Program-made: the position numbers and the translations under genes
Assembly (NCBI GenBank): GCA_965218585.1
Contig: CBDCLE010000002.1
Span: 1 to 64,000 of the forward strand
DNA: 64,000 nucleotides
Origin: Terriglobia bacterium
GTDB taxonomy: Bacteria > Acidobacteriota > Terriglobia > 20CM-2-55-15
Direction: 5' to 3'
The notes under the pieces: generated by a model
Told to the model about the DNA's origin: nothing
The model's input: only the letters and a program-made list of their open reading frames with translations
The model's database searches: none
Shown here: one piece after another, positions 1 through 9,679 of the stretch
Layout of the letters: each line of letters starts with the position of its first letter
How positions within the stretch are numbered: the first letter of the stretch is position 1

Positions 1-1339
1 TTGGCGCATCCATGATCGCGGTGGTAGACATGCATGTGTTCTGCAAAGGGTAGTACATCGTGTTGTTCAAAGGACTGTACGCTCCAGCTGGAAAGCCCTT
101 CCCGCCGTTCGTCGTTGGGCAGACCACCATCTCCTGACCCACTTCGGTGAACAGCATTTCCGGATTCACCATCACCTCTCCGGTCTCGCCGTCGATATCC
201 TGGATGACAGTCTGCGTCACGGTTGGCCGGGCCCAGAGGAACTCGCCCGTCTCGCGATCGAGCGTGTAAACCAGCCCTGTTTTCCCGGGGATGCCCGTGA
301 GCACCCTGCGGGTTTCGCCGGGTTGGACGTTGGGACTGATCCAATCGACTTCGGAAGCGTCCGGACTCACAGCCGTATCCACGATCAGACGCTCGAAGGG
401 ATGATCCAGATCCCAATGATCGACCAGATGCTGGTAGTACCACTCGATCTCACCCGTGTCGGCGTTCAGCGCGAGTGTCGAGTTGTGATACAGGTAGTCG
501 AATTCGTTTCCACCGAGCGCGAACTTCGGTGCGGGCGACGTGACCGACGTGCCGATATAGATGAGGTCGAGCTCGGGATCATAGCTGGGCACCATCCAGG
601 TGCCAACGTGCCAACGGTCTTCAAAGGCGACGTCGCCCCAGGTTTCGTTTCCCGGTTCTCCGGGAGCGGGAATCGTTCGCGTGCGCCAGAGTTCTTCTCC
701 CGTTGTCGCGTCGTGGGCGGTGATGATGCAGGCGTCCGGACCGCCTTCTGGCTCACAACCCCGGCCGGAGATGATCTTGCCATCCGCGATGATCGGGCCC
801 GACGTCTGCTGAGCAGCATTTACCTGGTAATCGAGAATCAAGGTTTCCCACGCCAGTTCTCCCGTAAGGGCGTCCAGCGCGAAAACATAGTCGTCGGCGC
901 TCGTATCGATAATCACGTTGCCGTAGATGGCCAGGTTTCGGTTGATCGACGGGACGGGCAGGTAATCCATCAGGTCGTCCGGCCATTCGCGTTGATACCG
1001 CCACTTGAAATCCCCGGTAACTGCATCGAGTGCCTCGATGACGTCGGCCGGGTTCGGGAAGTACATGACCCCGTCGTAAACCAGAGGTGTGCCTTCCTGG
1101 ATCCCTTCGCTCAAGCCCCGGGTCCAGACCAGTCGTAACTGATCCACATTGTCGCGATCGATCTGGTCGAGTGGACTGTAGCCCCAGCTGTTGAGTGTTC
1201 GCCGCCACATCAGCCAGTCTGCGGGGTCCGGATTCTGCAGCATGCTGTCGGTGACCGGGACGAAGTCCTGGGCAACGGCGGGTGAGGTGGACAGGAGCAC
1301 AACGACCACCATTGCTGCAACCAACGTGAAACGATTCAT
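1..1339 (-). CDS. PQQ-dependent dehydrogenase (alcohol dehydrogenase-like beta-propeller), secreted; runs off the window start
   Basis: Manual translation from ATG 1339 (GGAGG RBS): signal peptide, then DWLMWRRTLNSWGYSPLDQI, EGTPLVYDGVMY, SYDPELDLIYIGTS, WYYQHLVDHWDLD, GKTGLVYTLDRETGEFLW. Missing from the ORF track because it has no stop in the window. Confidence 0.88.
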   Translation of the reverse strand, partial: MNRFTLVAAMVVVVLLSTSPAVAQDFVPVTDSMLQNPDPADWLMWRRTLNSWGYSPLDQIDRDNVDQLRLVWTRGLSEGIQEGTPLVYDGVMYFPNPADVIEALDAVTGDFKWRYQREWPDDLMDYLPVPSINRNLAIYGNVIIDTSADDYVFALDALTGELAWETLILDYQVNAAQQTSGPIIADGKIISGRGCEPEGGPDACIITAHDATTGEELWRTRTIPAPGEPGNETWGDVAFEDRWHVGTWMVPSYDPELDLIYIGTSVTSPAPKFALGGNEFDYLYHNSTLALNADTGEIEWYYQHLVDHWDLDHPFERLIVDTAVSPDASEVDWISPNVQPGETRRVLTGIPGKTGLVYTLDRETGEFLWARPTVTQTVIQDIDGETGEVMVNPEMLFTEVGQEMVVCPTTNGGKGFPAGAYSPLNNTMYYPLQNTCMSTTAIMDAP

Positions 1340-1501
1340 AGCATTCCTCCGGTATCTTAGTAATTCGGAACCGACGGGCGATTCTCCCTTCCTGAAACGT
1401 TGTTGTCAAAAAGGAGGAATCTATAAAGGACCAATATCCGATCGGGTCTGTTTTCCAACAGTCATTCACCAACACTACGTTGAAACGATCGACGGGGTGC
1501 C

Positions 1502-2065
1502 TCAGTCTGCCGGTTCGATCTTCAGAAGGGCACCGTCGTCCTCGTCGGTCAACGCGTAAAGAAGGCCTTCCGGGCCCTGGCGTACGTTGCGAATCCTCTG
1601 ACGTAATCCTATAAAGAAGGATTCGATCCGGAGATGGTCCCAGTCGTCGTTGAAGACGATCCGCTGCAGCTGGCCCGTACCCCGAAATCCTTCCCTCGGT
1701 CATCCCGCCGATGAACAGGTTGTTCTTCCAGTCCGGAAAGCGGTCTCCCGTGTAGAACGTCATTCCACCGGGCGCGATAGACGGTACCCAGAAGATCACG
1801 GGTCCAACCATGTCGTCATGCCAGGTCTGCTCGGAAACCCTGGGGCCACTGTACTGGCGGCCGAAACCCACAATCGGCCATCCATAGTTGGCGCCCGGCG
1901 CGAGAACGTTGACTTCATCCCCGCCCTGTGGACCGTGTTTCGCTTTCCCAGATGTCGCCGGTCACCGGATTCACGGCGAGACCCAGCATGTTGCGATGTC
2001 CCAGGGAATAGATTTCCGGCAGATATCCTTCTCTGTCGACAAACGGATTGTCGGGAGGAACGCTG
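1502..2065 (-). pseudogene. 3' half of a PQQ-dependent glucose/sorbosone (aldose sugar) dehydrogenase, 5'-truncated and frameshifted
   Basis: Motifs across frames: VPPDNPFV..PEIYSLGHRN, GGDEVNVLAPGANYGWP, WVPSIAPGGMTFYTGDRFPDWKNNLF, RIRNVRQGPEGLLYALTD; TGA at 1502-1504. No N-terminal half upstream of about 2065. Confidence 0.8.
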
Positions 2066-2462
2066 ACTCGTGTCTCTTCTCCACCGTGTCGCCCGCACAC
2101 ACCTTGGTGCGATGGGGGGGAACCAATGTGCCTTCGCCCCCATAGTGCGGGCTCGACCATTCCCCATCTTTGGCCGACCGGTTCATCCTCGGGATCGCTC
2201 CCGTCGATTACGACCCGGTGGTTCTCCTCATGCCCTTCAGACCCCACCTCGCGGTGGGCGCCCTGCCCTCCAAAGTTTCCGTAGGTGGATCCAGCTCTGT
2301 CTTGGCCGTATCCGGCTTTCGCCTTCGTGCCCGTTTAGGCATTTGCATACCCGCCTACACTTCGGCCAGTGAGGCATTACCCCCACTTATTGGATATCGA
2401 CCCGTGGCCTCGGGCCGAGCGGGACTTTAACCCGCCGGAAACGCGTGCTGCCAGGCACGCAC
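2066..2462 (-). mobile_element. Probable 5' remnant (domain I) of a group II intron; no IEP and no domain V/VI
   Basis: Minus strand starts GTGCGTGCCTGGCAGCACGC, then GCGGGTTAAAGTCCCGC hairpin and a later GGGCGAAGGC motif, all typical of group II domain I. Many short hairpins and no credible ORF. Confidence 0.6.
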
Positions 2463-2512
2463 GATGAACTCTTCAGTCCCAACCTGCCTGATTGAATGCC
2501 CGGATGGCAACC

Positions 2513-2992
2513 CTAACCCTGATTCACGCGTATCGTGTAATCGAACCACTCCTGTATCTTGCCGTCCACAACAAAGAAGACACCCACTCCTTCCCAGACC
2601 AACGGACGCTCGGTTGAGGTGAACGTGTCCACGCGGTGATTGATGACGATGGGTCCTGCGGCAAAGGTCTTGAGGACTTCAAACTTCAGGGCCGAGGCGA
2701 CGTCCACGAAGGGACTCATGCGTTCGATGATCTCGGCGGGTCCGGTCGCCGGTGGAGCGGTCTCGGTCATCCGGTAGACGACCTCATCGGTGCAGAACTC
2801 CATTGGGCGGTTCAAGTCCAGCGTCGCAAACGCAGCGCAGAAATCGTTGACCAGCTGAACGTTCGCGCGCTCCTGATCCGACCATTCTTCAGATTGAGCT
2901 TCGGCTCGACCGGACAGGGCGGCCATTACCGCGGCGCCGACCCCCGCCTTATGGAGGAACCTGCGTCTGCTTACTTCCTTGTAATCTTTCAT
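2513..2992 (-). CDS. Tat-exported limonene-1,2-epoxide hydrolase / SnoaL-like (NTF2-fold) protein
   Basis: ATG 2992 with GGAGG RBS; SRRRFL twin-arginine signal; HRVDTF and WFDY match the LEH R-x-D and D residues. Confidence 0.75.
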   Translation of the reverse strand: MKDYKEVSRRRFLHKAGVGAAVMAALSGRAEAQSEEWSDQERANVQLVNDFCAAFATLDLNRPMEFCTDEVVYRMTETAPPATGPAEIIERMSPFVDVASALKFEVLKTFAAGPIVINHRVDTFTSTERPLVWEGVGVFFVVDGKIQEWFDYTIRVNQG

Positions 2993-3063
2993 CACCCAAC
3001 CTCCTTTAGCTGACGACAAGGACAACGGAAGAAATGCGCGCGCGAGCCCACACAGCTTTGCCG

Positions 3064-6000
3064 CTACCGGATCGAATACGCGTCCGGCGTGTTCATCATG
3101 GCCGCGGTAACGTTGGTCAACGCTGCCAGTTCCAGCGCATCCCGGGCTGGATCGACGGGAGTGACACCGATCGCCAGGAGCGCGTCTGCGTCCGCGGCGC
3201 TGAACCGCCCCAACTCACGGCCATAAAAGCCCCGCAGCACGGACAGTTCGTCCGCGGTCGGGAGCCGCCGCACCGTCAGACGGAACAATCGTTCCAGACG
3301 TCGGTCCGTGTCTTCAACCTCACCCATCACATCTGAGGCCATCACCCGATACGCTTCCACATACTGCGGATCGTTCCAGAGCGCCAGGGCCTGGAGCGGC
3401 GTGTTGGAAACGTCTCGTTTCACCTCGCTGACGGTTCGCTCCGGCAGATCGAACACCGCCATCGAGGGGTTGGGAACGCTCCGTTTCACAAAGGTGTAGA
3501 TACTCCGCCGATGGTGATCTTCGGGCGGCACCGCATCCGCTGCCGGGTAATACGGAATGTAACTGGGCCCTCTTCCTGCTCCGCCCTCCCAGACACCATC
3601 CGGCGCGTAGGGCTTTACACTCGGACCACCTATAGTCGGAACCAACAGGTTACTTATGGCCAGAACATTGTCACGGACCATCTCGGCGGTCATCCGCTGC
3701 CGCATCCCACGTGACAGGAACCGGTTTTCCGGGTCGTTCTCGAGGGATGCTGCGCTCGCATCAGAGGTCTGCCTGTATGTGGCCGACATGACGATCTTCT
3801 TGTGCAACGCCTTGATGTCCCAACCGGACTCCCGGAACTCGACCGAAAGCCAATCGAGTAATTCCGGATGGGTCGGTGCCTCACCCTGGGAACCGAAGTC
3901 TTCCGTAGTGTTCACGATTCCGCGCCCGAAGTGCATCGTCCAGATCCGATTTACGAAGACCCGTGAGGTCAACGGCTGCTCGGGGTCGAACAACCACTCG
4001 GTCAGCCCGATCCGGTTCCTGGGAAAGTCGTCGTCCCATCCAAACACCTGCTCCAGTCCCTGCGGATCCACCGGATCACGCCGCTGGTTATACAGACCCC
4101 GGTCCAGGATGTACGTCTGTCGGGGTTCGGCCGTGTCACCCATCACCATGATCTCGGGCACCACCGAGACGATACGGTTGAGCGCCTCCCGCGCTTCATT
4201 TAACCGGACCTTCGTTTCGACGACTTCGGCATCGAGTGCCACGGCCCATTCGCCGAGAGCCTCGGAATCCATTCCTTCAGCCGATTCTCTTTCGTGGAGG
4301 AAGCGCACCTCCAGAGGTGTCAGTGGGCGGTCGAACACACGGATTTCGTCCAGTGCTCCACCGTCGACCAGACCCGTCTGCCGGAAACGCTTCCCGAAAA
4401 CCATGCCGACAAAGGGATCCAGGATGCCCGCGTAGCTCATCGGCAGGATGCTGCGTGTCAGTTGGTCCTTGTTGACGTCCACCTCGACCGGTTCACCGTT
4501 CACGTACAACCCGACACCCTCGGCCCGACTCGACCCGTCGTAGGTCACCGTCACGTGCGTCCATTCATTAATCCGGACAGGCTCACGCGAGATTACTTCA
4601 ACCATGTTGTATGGCCAGGAGTACATCAGCCGGAACCGGAGCCGATTGTTCTCCAGGTGCAGCTGATAACCGGAGGCACCCGAGTTGTCGTCGTCCCGGT
4701 GGTCGATCACCAGCGAGTCTTCGTATTCGCGGGCCGCCAGAAGCCACAAGTCAAATGCGAAGTCGTCCGTGCGATCGTTCCAACCCACATCCCGCCCGAG
4801 GACGCCGCGGTTGGTGTCGTCGAAGAAGAGGGCGTTCCCGCGCACTCCCGGTCTCAGAATCGGGTTTTCGATAATGCCCAGGGTGTTGCCTTCAGTCTCG
4901 ATTTCGTTCGGCAGGAACTCGACCAGATCCTCTCTCATGTTCATGGGTATGAGGGGGGTCGGTTCGGCGACAGGATCCTCGAGCAAGGGGTTGGGCTCGA
5001 AGACAATCGAAGCCGGCGGTATTCGGCGTTGTACGATCCGTCCCAATATGAAGGCGTTCGCATAGGGTTCACCGGAAGCTTCCGGGATCGGGACCGGCAT
5101 GGACTCCCAGGAGAAGGGAAGGAGTTGGTCGAACGAGTAGTGCGCAACCGTCGCATCGGCTATGGATTCGTCCAGACGCTGGACCCGTTCGTCATCCAGC
5201 CCGTTGAGGAGCGCGTCCACCTGGTCTGAAACTCCAGACGCTGCGGTCTGCCTGGCCTCTTCGTAGGCGGCTGCCGCATCTTGGATTTGCCGCTCGGCCG
5301 CGGCGATCTGCCGGTCTGTCCCTTCGTCGGTCCACAACAGCGTCGGACCACCCTGCACTCCGCTGTGGCCGGGCGAGTAGAACCCGGGTTCATCCTGGCT
5401 GTTGAAGAAACCCACCAACTCGTAATAGTTCTGCTGACTGATCGGGTCGTACTTGTGGTCGTGGCACCTGGCACACCCCACCGTCAGACCCAGGAAGGCT
5501 TTTCCGATGGTCTCGGCCCGGTCCAGCGTCGCTTCCACACGCCATTCTTCGTGAATCGACCCGTTTTCGGAGGTCCGTCTGTTGAGCCTGAGAAAGGCCG
5601 TTGCCAGAGTCTGTTCGCGGGCGACGCCCTCCAGATGGGTGTCCGCCCTCGTACCATGGGCCAACAAGTCCCCGGCCAACTGCCAGGTCGAAAACTGGTC
5701 GAAAGGCATGTTCCGGTTGAACGCCGAAATGGCCCAGTCCCGCCATGGCCAGAAGTACCGATTGTGAGAATCGTGCAGGAAACCATCGGTATCGGCATAG
5801 CGCGCTATGTCCAACCATTCCCGCGCCATGTGTTCGCCGTATGCTTCCGAGGCCAGGAGCCGGTCCACGAGCTCCTCGTATGCATCCGCGCTGGTGTCGT
5901 TGACGAACGAGTCCACTTCGTCCAGCGTCGGTGGGAGTCCGGTCAACGTCAGGCTCACCCGGTTGATCAGCGTCTCCGGGTCTGCTTCTTCGGATGGCGA

Positions 6001-6510
6001 GAGCCCTATCTGCAGCAGCCGGTCCACGACGAACGGGTCGATCTCATTCTCGGTCCGGTTTGACGATGGCGAGGTCGGAAGTGGGGCCTTTTCGGGCGCG
6101 ATATAAGCCCAGTGTGGCTTGTACTCCCCGCCCTCTTCAATCCACCGTTCCAACGTGGCGATCTCGTCGGCGGTCAACACCTTGTTCGATCCCGCTGCCG
6201 GCATCCGTTCAAAGTCGTTGTCGGAGTTGATCCGACGCACCAGCTCGCTCGTTTCGGGGGAACCCGGGACGATGACGGTCATTGCCGATTCGGGATCATC
6301 CAGCCGCAGACCCGCTTGCTGGTCGGAGGGACCATGGCACAGGAAGCAGTTGTCCGACAGAATCGGCTTCACGTCCCAGTTGTAGTCCACCGGTCTTTCG
6401 GATGTGACGGGATCTGCCTGCTGCCCTGCGACGACGATTCCTGCCGACAAAACCAGGGCCAACAACACGGCACCAAACCCCTTACGGCTGAAGCTACTCG
6501 AATATCTCAT
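3064..6510 (-). CDS. Planctomycete cytochrome c / DUF1549 / LamG / DUF1553 protein, paralog C
   Basis: Signal peptide, PILSDNCFLCHG (CxxCH), HWAY, WLDIARYADT, GLTVGCARCHDHKYDPI (second CxxCH), LamG WTHVTVTYDG..LDEIRVFDR, PTHPELLDWL, NTPLQAL. Confidence 0.9.
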   Translation of the reverse strand: MRYSSSFSRKGFGAVLLALVLSAGIVVAGQQADPVTSERPVDYNWDVKPILSDNCFLCHGPSDQQAGLRLDDPESAMTVIVPGSPETSELVRRINSDNDFERMPAAGSNKVLTADEIATLERWIEEGGEYKPHWAYIAPEKAPLPTSPSSNRTENEIDPFVVDRLLQIGLSPSEEADPETLINRVSLTLTGLPPTLDEVDSFVNDTSADAYEELVDRLLASEAYGEHMAREWLDIARYADTDGFLHDSHNRYFWPWRDWAISAFNRNMPFDQFSTWQLAGDLLAHGTRADTHLEGVAREQTLATAFLRLNRRTSENGSIHEEWRVEATLDRAETIGKAFLGLTVGCARCHDHKYDPISQQNYYELVGFFNSQDEPGFYSPGHSGVQGGPTLLWTDEGTDRQIAAAERQIQDAAAAYEEARQTAASGVSDQVDALLNGLDDERVQRLDESIADATVAHYSFDQLLPFSWESMPVPIPEASGEPYANAFILGRIVQRRIPPASIVFEPNPLLEDPVAEPTPLIPMNMREDLVEFLPNEIETEGNTLGIIENPILRPGVRGNALFFDDTNRGVLGRDVGWNDRTDDFAFDLWLLAAREYEDSLVIDHRDDDNSGASGYQLHLENNRLRFRLMYSWPYNMVEVISREPVRINEWTHVTVTYDGSSRAEGVGLYVNGEPVEVDVNKDQLTRSILPMSYAGILDPFVGMVFGKRFRQTGLVDGGALDEIRVFDRPLTPLEVRFLHERESAEGMDSEALGEWAVALDAEVVETKVRLNEAREALNRIVSVVPEIMVMGDTAEPRQTYILDRGLYNQRRDPVDPQGLEQVFGWDDDFPRNRIGLTEWLFDPEQPLTSRVFVNRIWTMHFGRGIVNTTEDFGSQGEAPTHPELLDWLSVEFRESGWDIKALHKKIVMSATYRQTSDASAASLENDPENRFLSRGMRQRMTAEMVRDNVLAISNLLVPTIGGPSVKPYAPDGVWEGGAGRGPSYIPYYPAADAVPPEDHHRRSIYTFVKRSVPNPSMAVFDLPERTVSEVKRDVSNTPLQALALWNDPQYVEAYRVMASDVMGEVEDTDRRLERLFRLTVRRLPTADELSVLRGFYGRELGRFSAADADALLAIGVTPVDPARDALELAALTNVTAAMMNTPDAYSIR

Positions 6511-6574
6511 GTCCCCTCACGGTGAAGGTCGGAAGTACACGAACCGCGAAAACTTCCAAGTTGGTTTCAGACTG

Positions 6575-8035
6575 CTAAGCCAATATTTCGTTTACGACGC
6601 GGCCGGAAACGTCTGTCAGGCGGAAATCCCTTCCCTGGTATCGGAACGTCAGGCGTTCGTGGTCAATCCCCAGCAGGTGGAGCATCGTCGCCGAGAAGTC
6701 GTGAACGCTGACCGGGTTCTCAGCGATGTTGTAACTGAAGTCGTCGCTCGCGCCGTAGGTGATCCCGGGCTTCACACCTGCTCCCGCCATCCAGAACACG
6801 TAGTTGCCGCCGTGGTGATCGCGACCGTAATTGGAGGTGAGAATACCCTGGGCAAACGAGGTACGCCCGAATTCGGTAGCGAAGATGACCAGGGTGTCAT
6901 CCAACATCCCGCGCTGTTTGAGGTCCTTCACCAGCGCCGCCACTCCCTGGTCGATGCTCTGGCACTTGATTCCCATCATCAACTCGATATCTGCGTGAAA
7001 ATCCCAGCCCATATCGAACAGCTCTACGAATCGGACGTCACGCTCCATAAGCCTTCGGGCGAGCAGGGCGTTGCGGGCGAAGGATCCCGGAGTCTGGACG
7101 TCCTCACCGTACATGTCCAGGACACTCTGGGGCTCGTCGGAGATGTCGGCCAGTTCCGGCACCGAGTTCTGCATCCGGTAGGCCATCTCATACTGGATGA
7201 CGCGCGACAAAACGTCGGGATCGCCCGACACCTGATATTGATCTCGCGCCAGCGTAGACACCACATCCAGCATATCGGTCCGCGAATCCCGTCCTACTCC
7301 ATCAGGATTGGTTACGTAAGGCACCGGGTTCTCACCGGGCCGGAATTTCACACCCTGATGCTGGGAAGGCGCGAACCCCGCGCTATAGTTCGCTATATCG
7401 TTGGGCACCTCGGCTCCGGATCCCGATTCCATCACGACAAACGCCGGGAGATCCTTGTTGTTCGAACCGAGTGCGTAGGACACCCAGGCTCCTTCGGAAG
7501 GGCGGCCGGGCAGTTGAAAACCCGTATGCAGGAACTTCGAGGCCGGATCGTGGTTGACCTGATCCGTGTTCATCGACTTGATGAAGCATAGATCGTCGAC
7601 GATCTCCGACGTGTAGGGCAGCAGGTCGCTGACCCAGGCGCCGCTCTGGCCATGCTGTCCGAACCCAGACACCGGACCCACCACCGGGAACGCGGTCTGT
7701 CCGCCGACCATCGTCGAGAGGCGACGCCCCGCCATCACTGAGGGCGGCATCTGCTGGCCGTGCATCTCGACGAGCATCGGCTTGTAGTCGAATGTATCGG
7801 CCTGGGACATCGCGCCCAGGATATGAATGAAGATCACCCGCTTGGCTTTGGGTTCGAAGTGCGGCTCGGCCAGTTGGCCCACGTTCGCCTCGGGCCCCGC
7901 CTGGACCTGGGGCGCTGCCGATGCGGTCAGGCTCCCCATCAGTTCGCCCAGCGAGACGGCACCCAGGCCGCATCCGGCGCGCAGCATAAACGACCGCCGG
8001 TTCATCGCCGCCCTATTGAACGCATCGTGATTCAT
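6575..8035 (-). CDS. DUF1501 family Tat-exported sulfatase-like protein, paralog C
   Basis: NRRSFM Tat motif; AKRVIF..SQADTFDYKP, GWDFH, DLKQRG..TLV..TEFGRT, GRDHH. Confidence 0.9.
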   Translation of the reverse strand: MNHDAFNRAAMNRRSFMLRAGCGLGAVSLGELMGSLTASAAPQVQAGPEANVGQLAEPHFEPKAKRVIFIHILGAMSQADTFDYKPMLVEMHGQQMPPSVMAGRRLSTMVGGQTAFPVVGPVSGFGQHGQSGAWVSDLLPYTSEIVDDLCFIKSMNTDQVNHDPASKFLHTGFQLPGRPSEGAWVSYALGSNNKDLPAFVVMESGSGAEVPNDIANYSAGFAPSQHQGVKFRPGENPVPYVTNPDGVGRDSRTDMLDVVSTLARDQYQVSGDPDVLSRVIQYEMAYRMQNSVPELADISDEPQSVLDMYGEDVQTPGSFARNALLARRLMERDVRFVELFDMGWDFHADIELMMGIKCQSIDQGVAALVKDLKQRGMLDDTLVIFATEFGRTSFAQGILTSNYGRDHHGGNYVFWMAGAGVKPGITYGASDDFSYNIAENPVSVHDFSATMLHLLGIDHERLTFRYQGRDFRLTDVSGRVVNEILA

Positions 8036-8174
8036 GATGTCTCCTTAACGTCCTACCGATATCGAATGCTCTCCCGATTGATTGCGATTTCGGAGCCATT
8101 TTACATTTGTCTGATGGGGCATCCAATACCTAAGCTTCAGTGGCCGAGAAGGCAAGATCCCCACTTTTTGAGAC

Positions 8175-8197
8175 GTGCGGTCGTAGACCGCGCCTAC
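8175..8197. repeat. GTAG-footed REP palindrome (single copy)
   Basis: gtgcggtc-gta-gaccgcgc-ctac; same family as 16538, 27652, 51234, 53939 and 62953. Confidence 0.7.
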
Positions 8198-8207
8198 AGA
8201 AGATTCC

Positions 8208-9662
8208 CTAAGCCAACACTTCGTTCACGACTTCTCCGTGGACATCGGTCAGGCGGAAATCCCGTCCCTGATACCGGAACGTCAGGCGTGTGTGGTCGAT
8301 CCCGAGCAGGTGCATCATCGTGGCCTGGAAATCGTGAATGCTGACCGGATTCTCGGCGATGTTGTATGAGAAATCATCGCTTGCGCCGTAGCTTGCGCCG
8401 GCCTTCACACCAGCTCCAGCCATCCAGAACACGAAGTTTCCACCGTGGTGGTCGCGACCGTAGTTGGACGTGAGGATGCCCTGGGCGAACGAGGTCCTGC
8501 CGAATTCGGTGGCGAAAACAACCAGTGTGTCTTCCAGGAGTCCGCGTTGCTTGAGGTCCTTCACCAGCGCCGCTGTTCCCTGGTCGATTCCCAGGCAGTT
8601 GCGTTGGATCCTGTCGACGATTCCGTTATGCGCATCCCAGCCAAGATCGAAGAGCGTGACGAACCGCACATCGCGTTCCATGAGCCTGCGTGCTAACAGG
8701 GCGTTGCGGGCAAAGGACCCCGGAGTGTTCACCTCTTCACCGTACATATCGAGTACGCTTTGCGGCTCGTCGGATGTGTCGGTCAGATCGGGAACCGAAG
8801 CCTGCATCCGGTAAGCCATCTCGTACTGGCTGACGCGAGAGAGGATATCCGGGTCCCGGGACACCTGGTATTGGTCCTGGGCAAGGGAGGAAACCAGCCC
8901 CAACATGTCGGTTCGGGAATCAGCCGGAAGTCCAGGAGGGCTTGCAACGTAGGGCACCGGCTCCTCGCCGGCCCTGAACTCGACGCCTTGATACTGGGAC
9001 GCCAGGAACCCGTTGCCCCAGGCCGCCATATCGTTGGGCACGCCACCCGAGAATCCGGACTGCATCACGACAAACGCCGGCAGGTCCTTGTTCTCAGAAC
9101 CCAGCGCATATGACACCCACGCGCCTTCGGAAGGACGTCCGGCCAGCTGGAAACCGGAATGCAGGAACTTCGACGCCGGGTCGTGGTTCACATGCTCGGT
9201 ATACATCGACTTGATGAAAGCCAGATCGTCGACGATCTCTGAGGTGTAGGGGAGCAGGTCGCTGACCCAAGCACCGCTCTCACCGTATTGATGGAAGGGA
9301 AGAATGGGTCCAACGACTGGAAAAGACGTCTGCCCGGCGACCATCGCCGACAGGCGGGCCGTGCCCCTCACCGAGGGCGGCAGCTGCTCACCGTGCATCT
9401 GGACCAGCATCGGCTTGTAGTCGAAAGTGTCGGCCTGGGACATCGCGCCGAGTGTGTGAATGAATATCACGCGTTTGGCACGTGGCTCGAGATGCGTTTC
9501 CCCGAGCAGGCCGGCGTTCACTTCCGGGATGCTCTGAGGCGCTGCGGACGCTTCTAGATTTCCCATCAGCTGTCCGAGTGAAAGAGCTCCCAAGCCATAT
9601 CCGGCCCGCAACATGAAAGAACGCCGGTTTATTCCGTGGCTTTTAAGCTCATCGTGGTTCAT
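8208..9662 (-). CDS. DUF1501 family Tat-exported sulfatase-like protein, paralog B
   Basis: MNHD..NRRSFML start shared with the paralogs; same DUF1501 motifs. Confidence 0.9.
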   Translation of the reverse strand: MNHDELKSHGINRRSFMLRAGYGLGALSLGQLMGNLEASAAPQSIPEVNAGLLGETHLEPRAKRVIFIHTLGAMSQADTFDYKPMLVQMHGEQLPPSVRGTARLSAMVAGQTSFPVVGPILPFHQYGESGAWVSDLLPYTSEIVDDLAFIKSMYTEHVNHDPASKFLHSGFQLAGRPSEGAWVSYALGSENKDLPAFVVMQSGFSGGVPNDMAAWGNGFLASQYQGVEFRAGEEPVPYVASPPGLPADSRTDMLGLVSSLAQDQYQVSRDPDILSRVSQYEMAYRMQASVPDLTDTSDEPQSVLDMYGEEVNTPGSFARNALLARRLMERDVRFVTLFDLGWDAHNGIVDRIQRNCLGIDQGTAALVKDLKQRGLLEDTLVVFATEFGRTSFAQGILTSNYGRDHHGGNFVFWMAGAGVKAGASYGASDDFSYNIAENPVSIHDFQATMMHLLGIDHTRLTFRYQGRDFRLTDVHGEVVNEVLA

Positions 9663-9679
9663 GGTGCCCCCCAAAAACC

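Noticed and set aside
395-430. WDLD motif in the PQQ dehydrogenase as a lanthanide-binding D-x-D signature
   Set aside because: The same spacing occurs in non-lanthanide PQQ enzymes such as membrane glucose dehydrogenase; not diagnostic without a structural alignment.
753-1871. 372-aa minus ORF as one protein
   Set aside because: Chimera of a dehydrogenase fragment and off-frame read-through over the PQQ gene.
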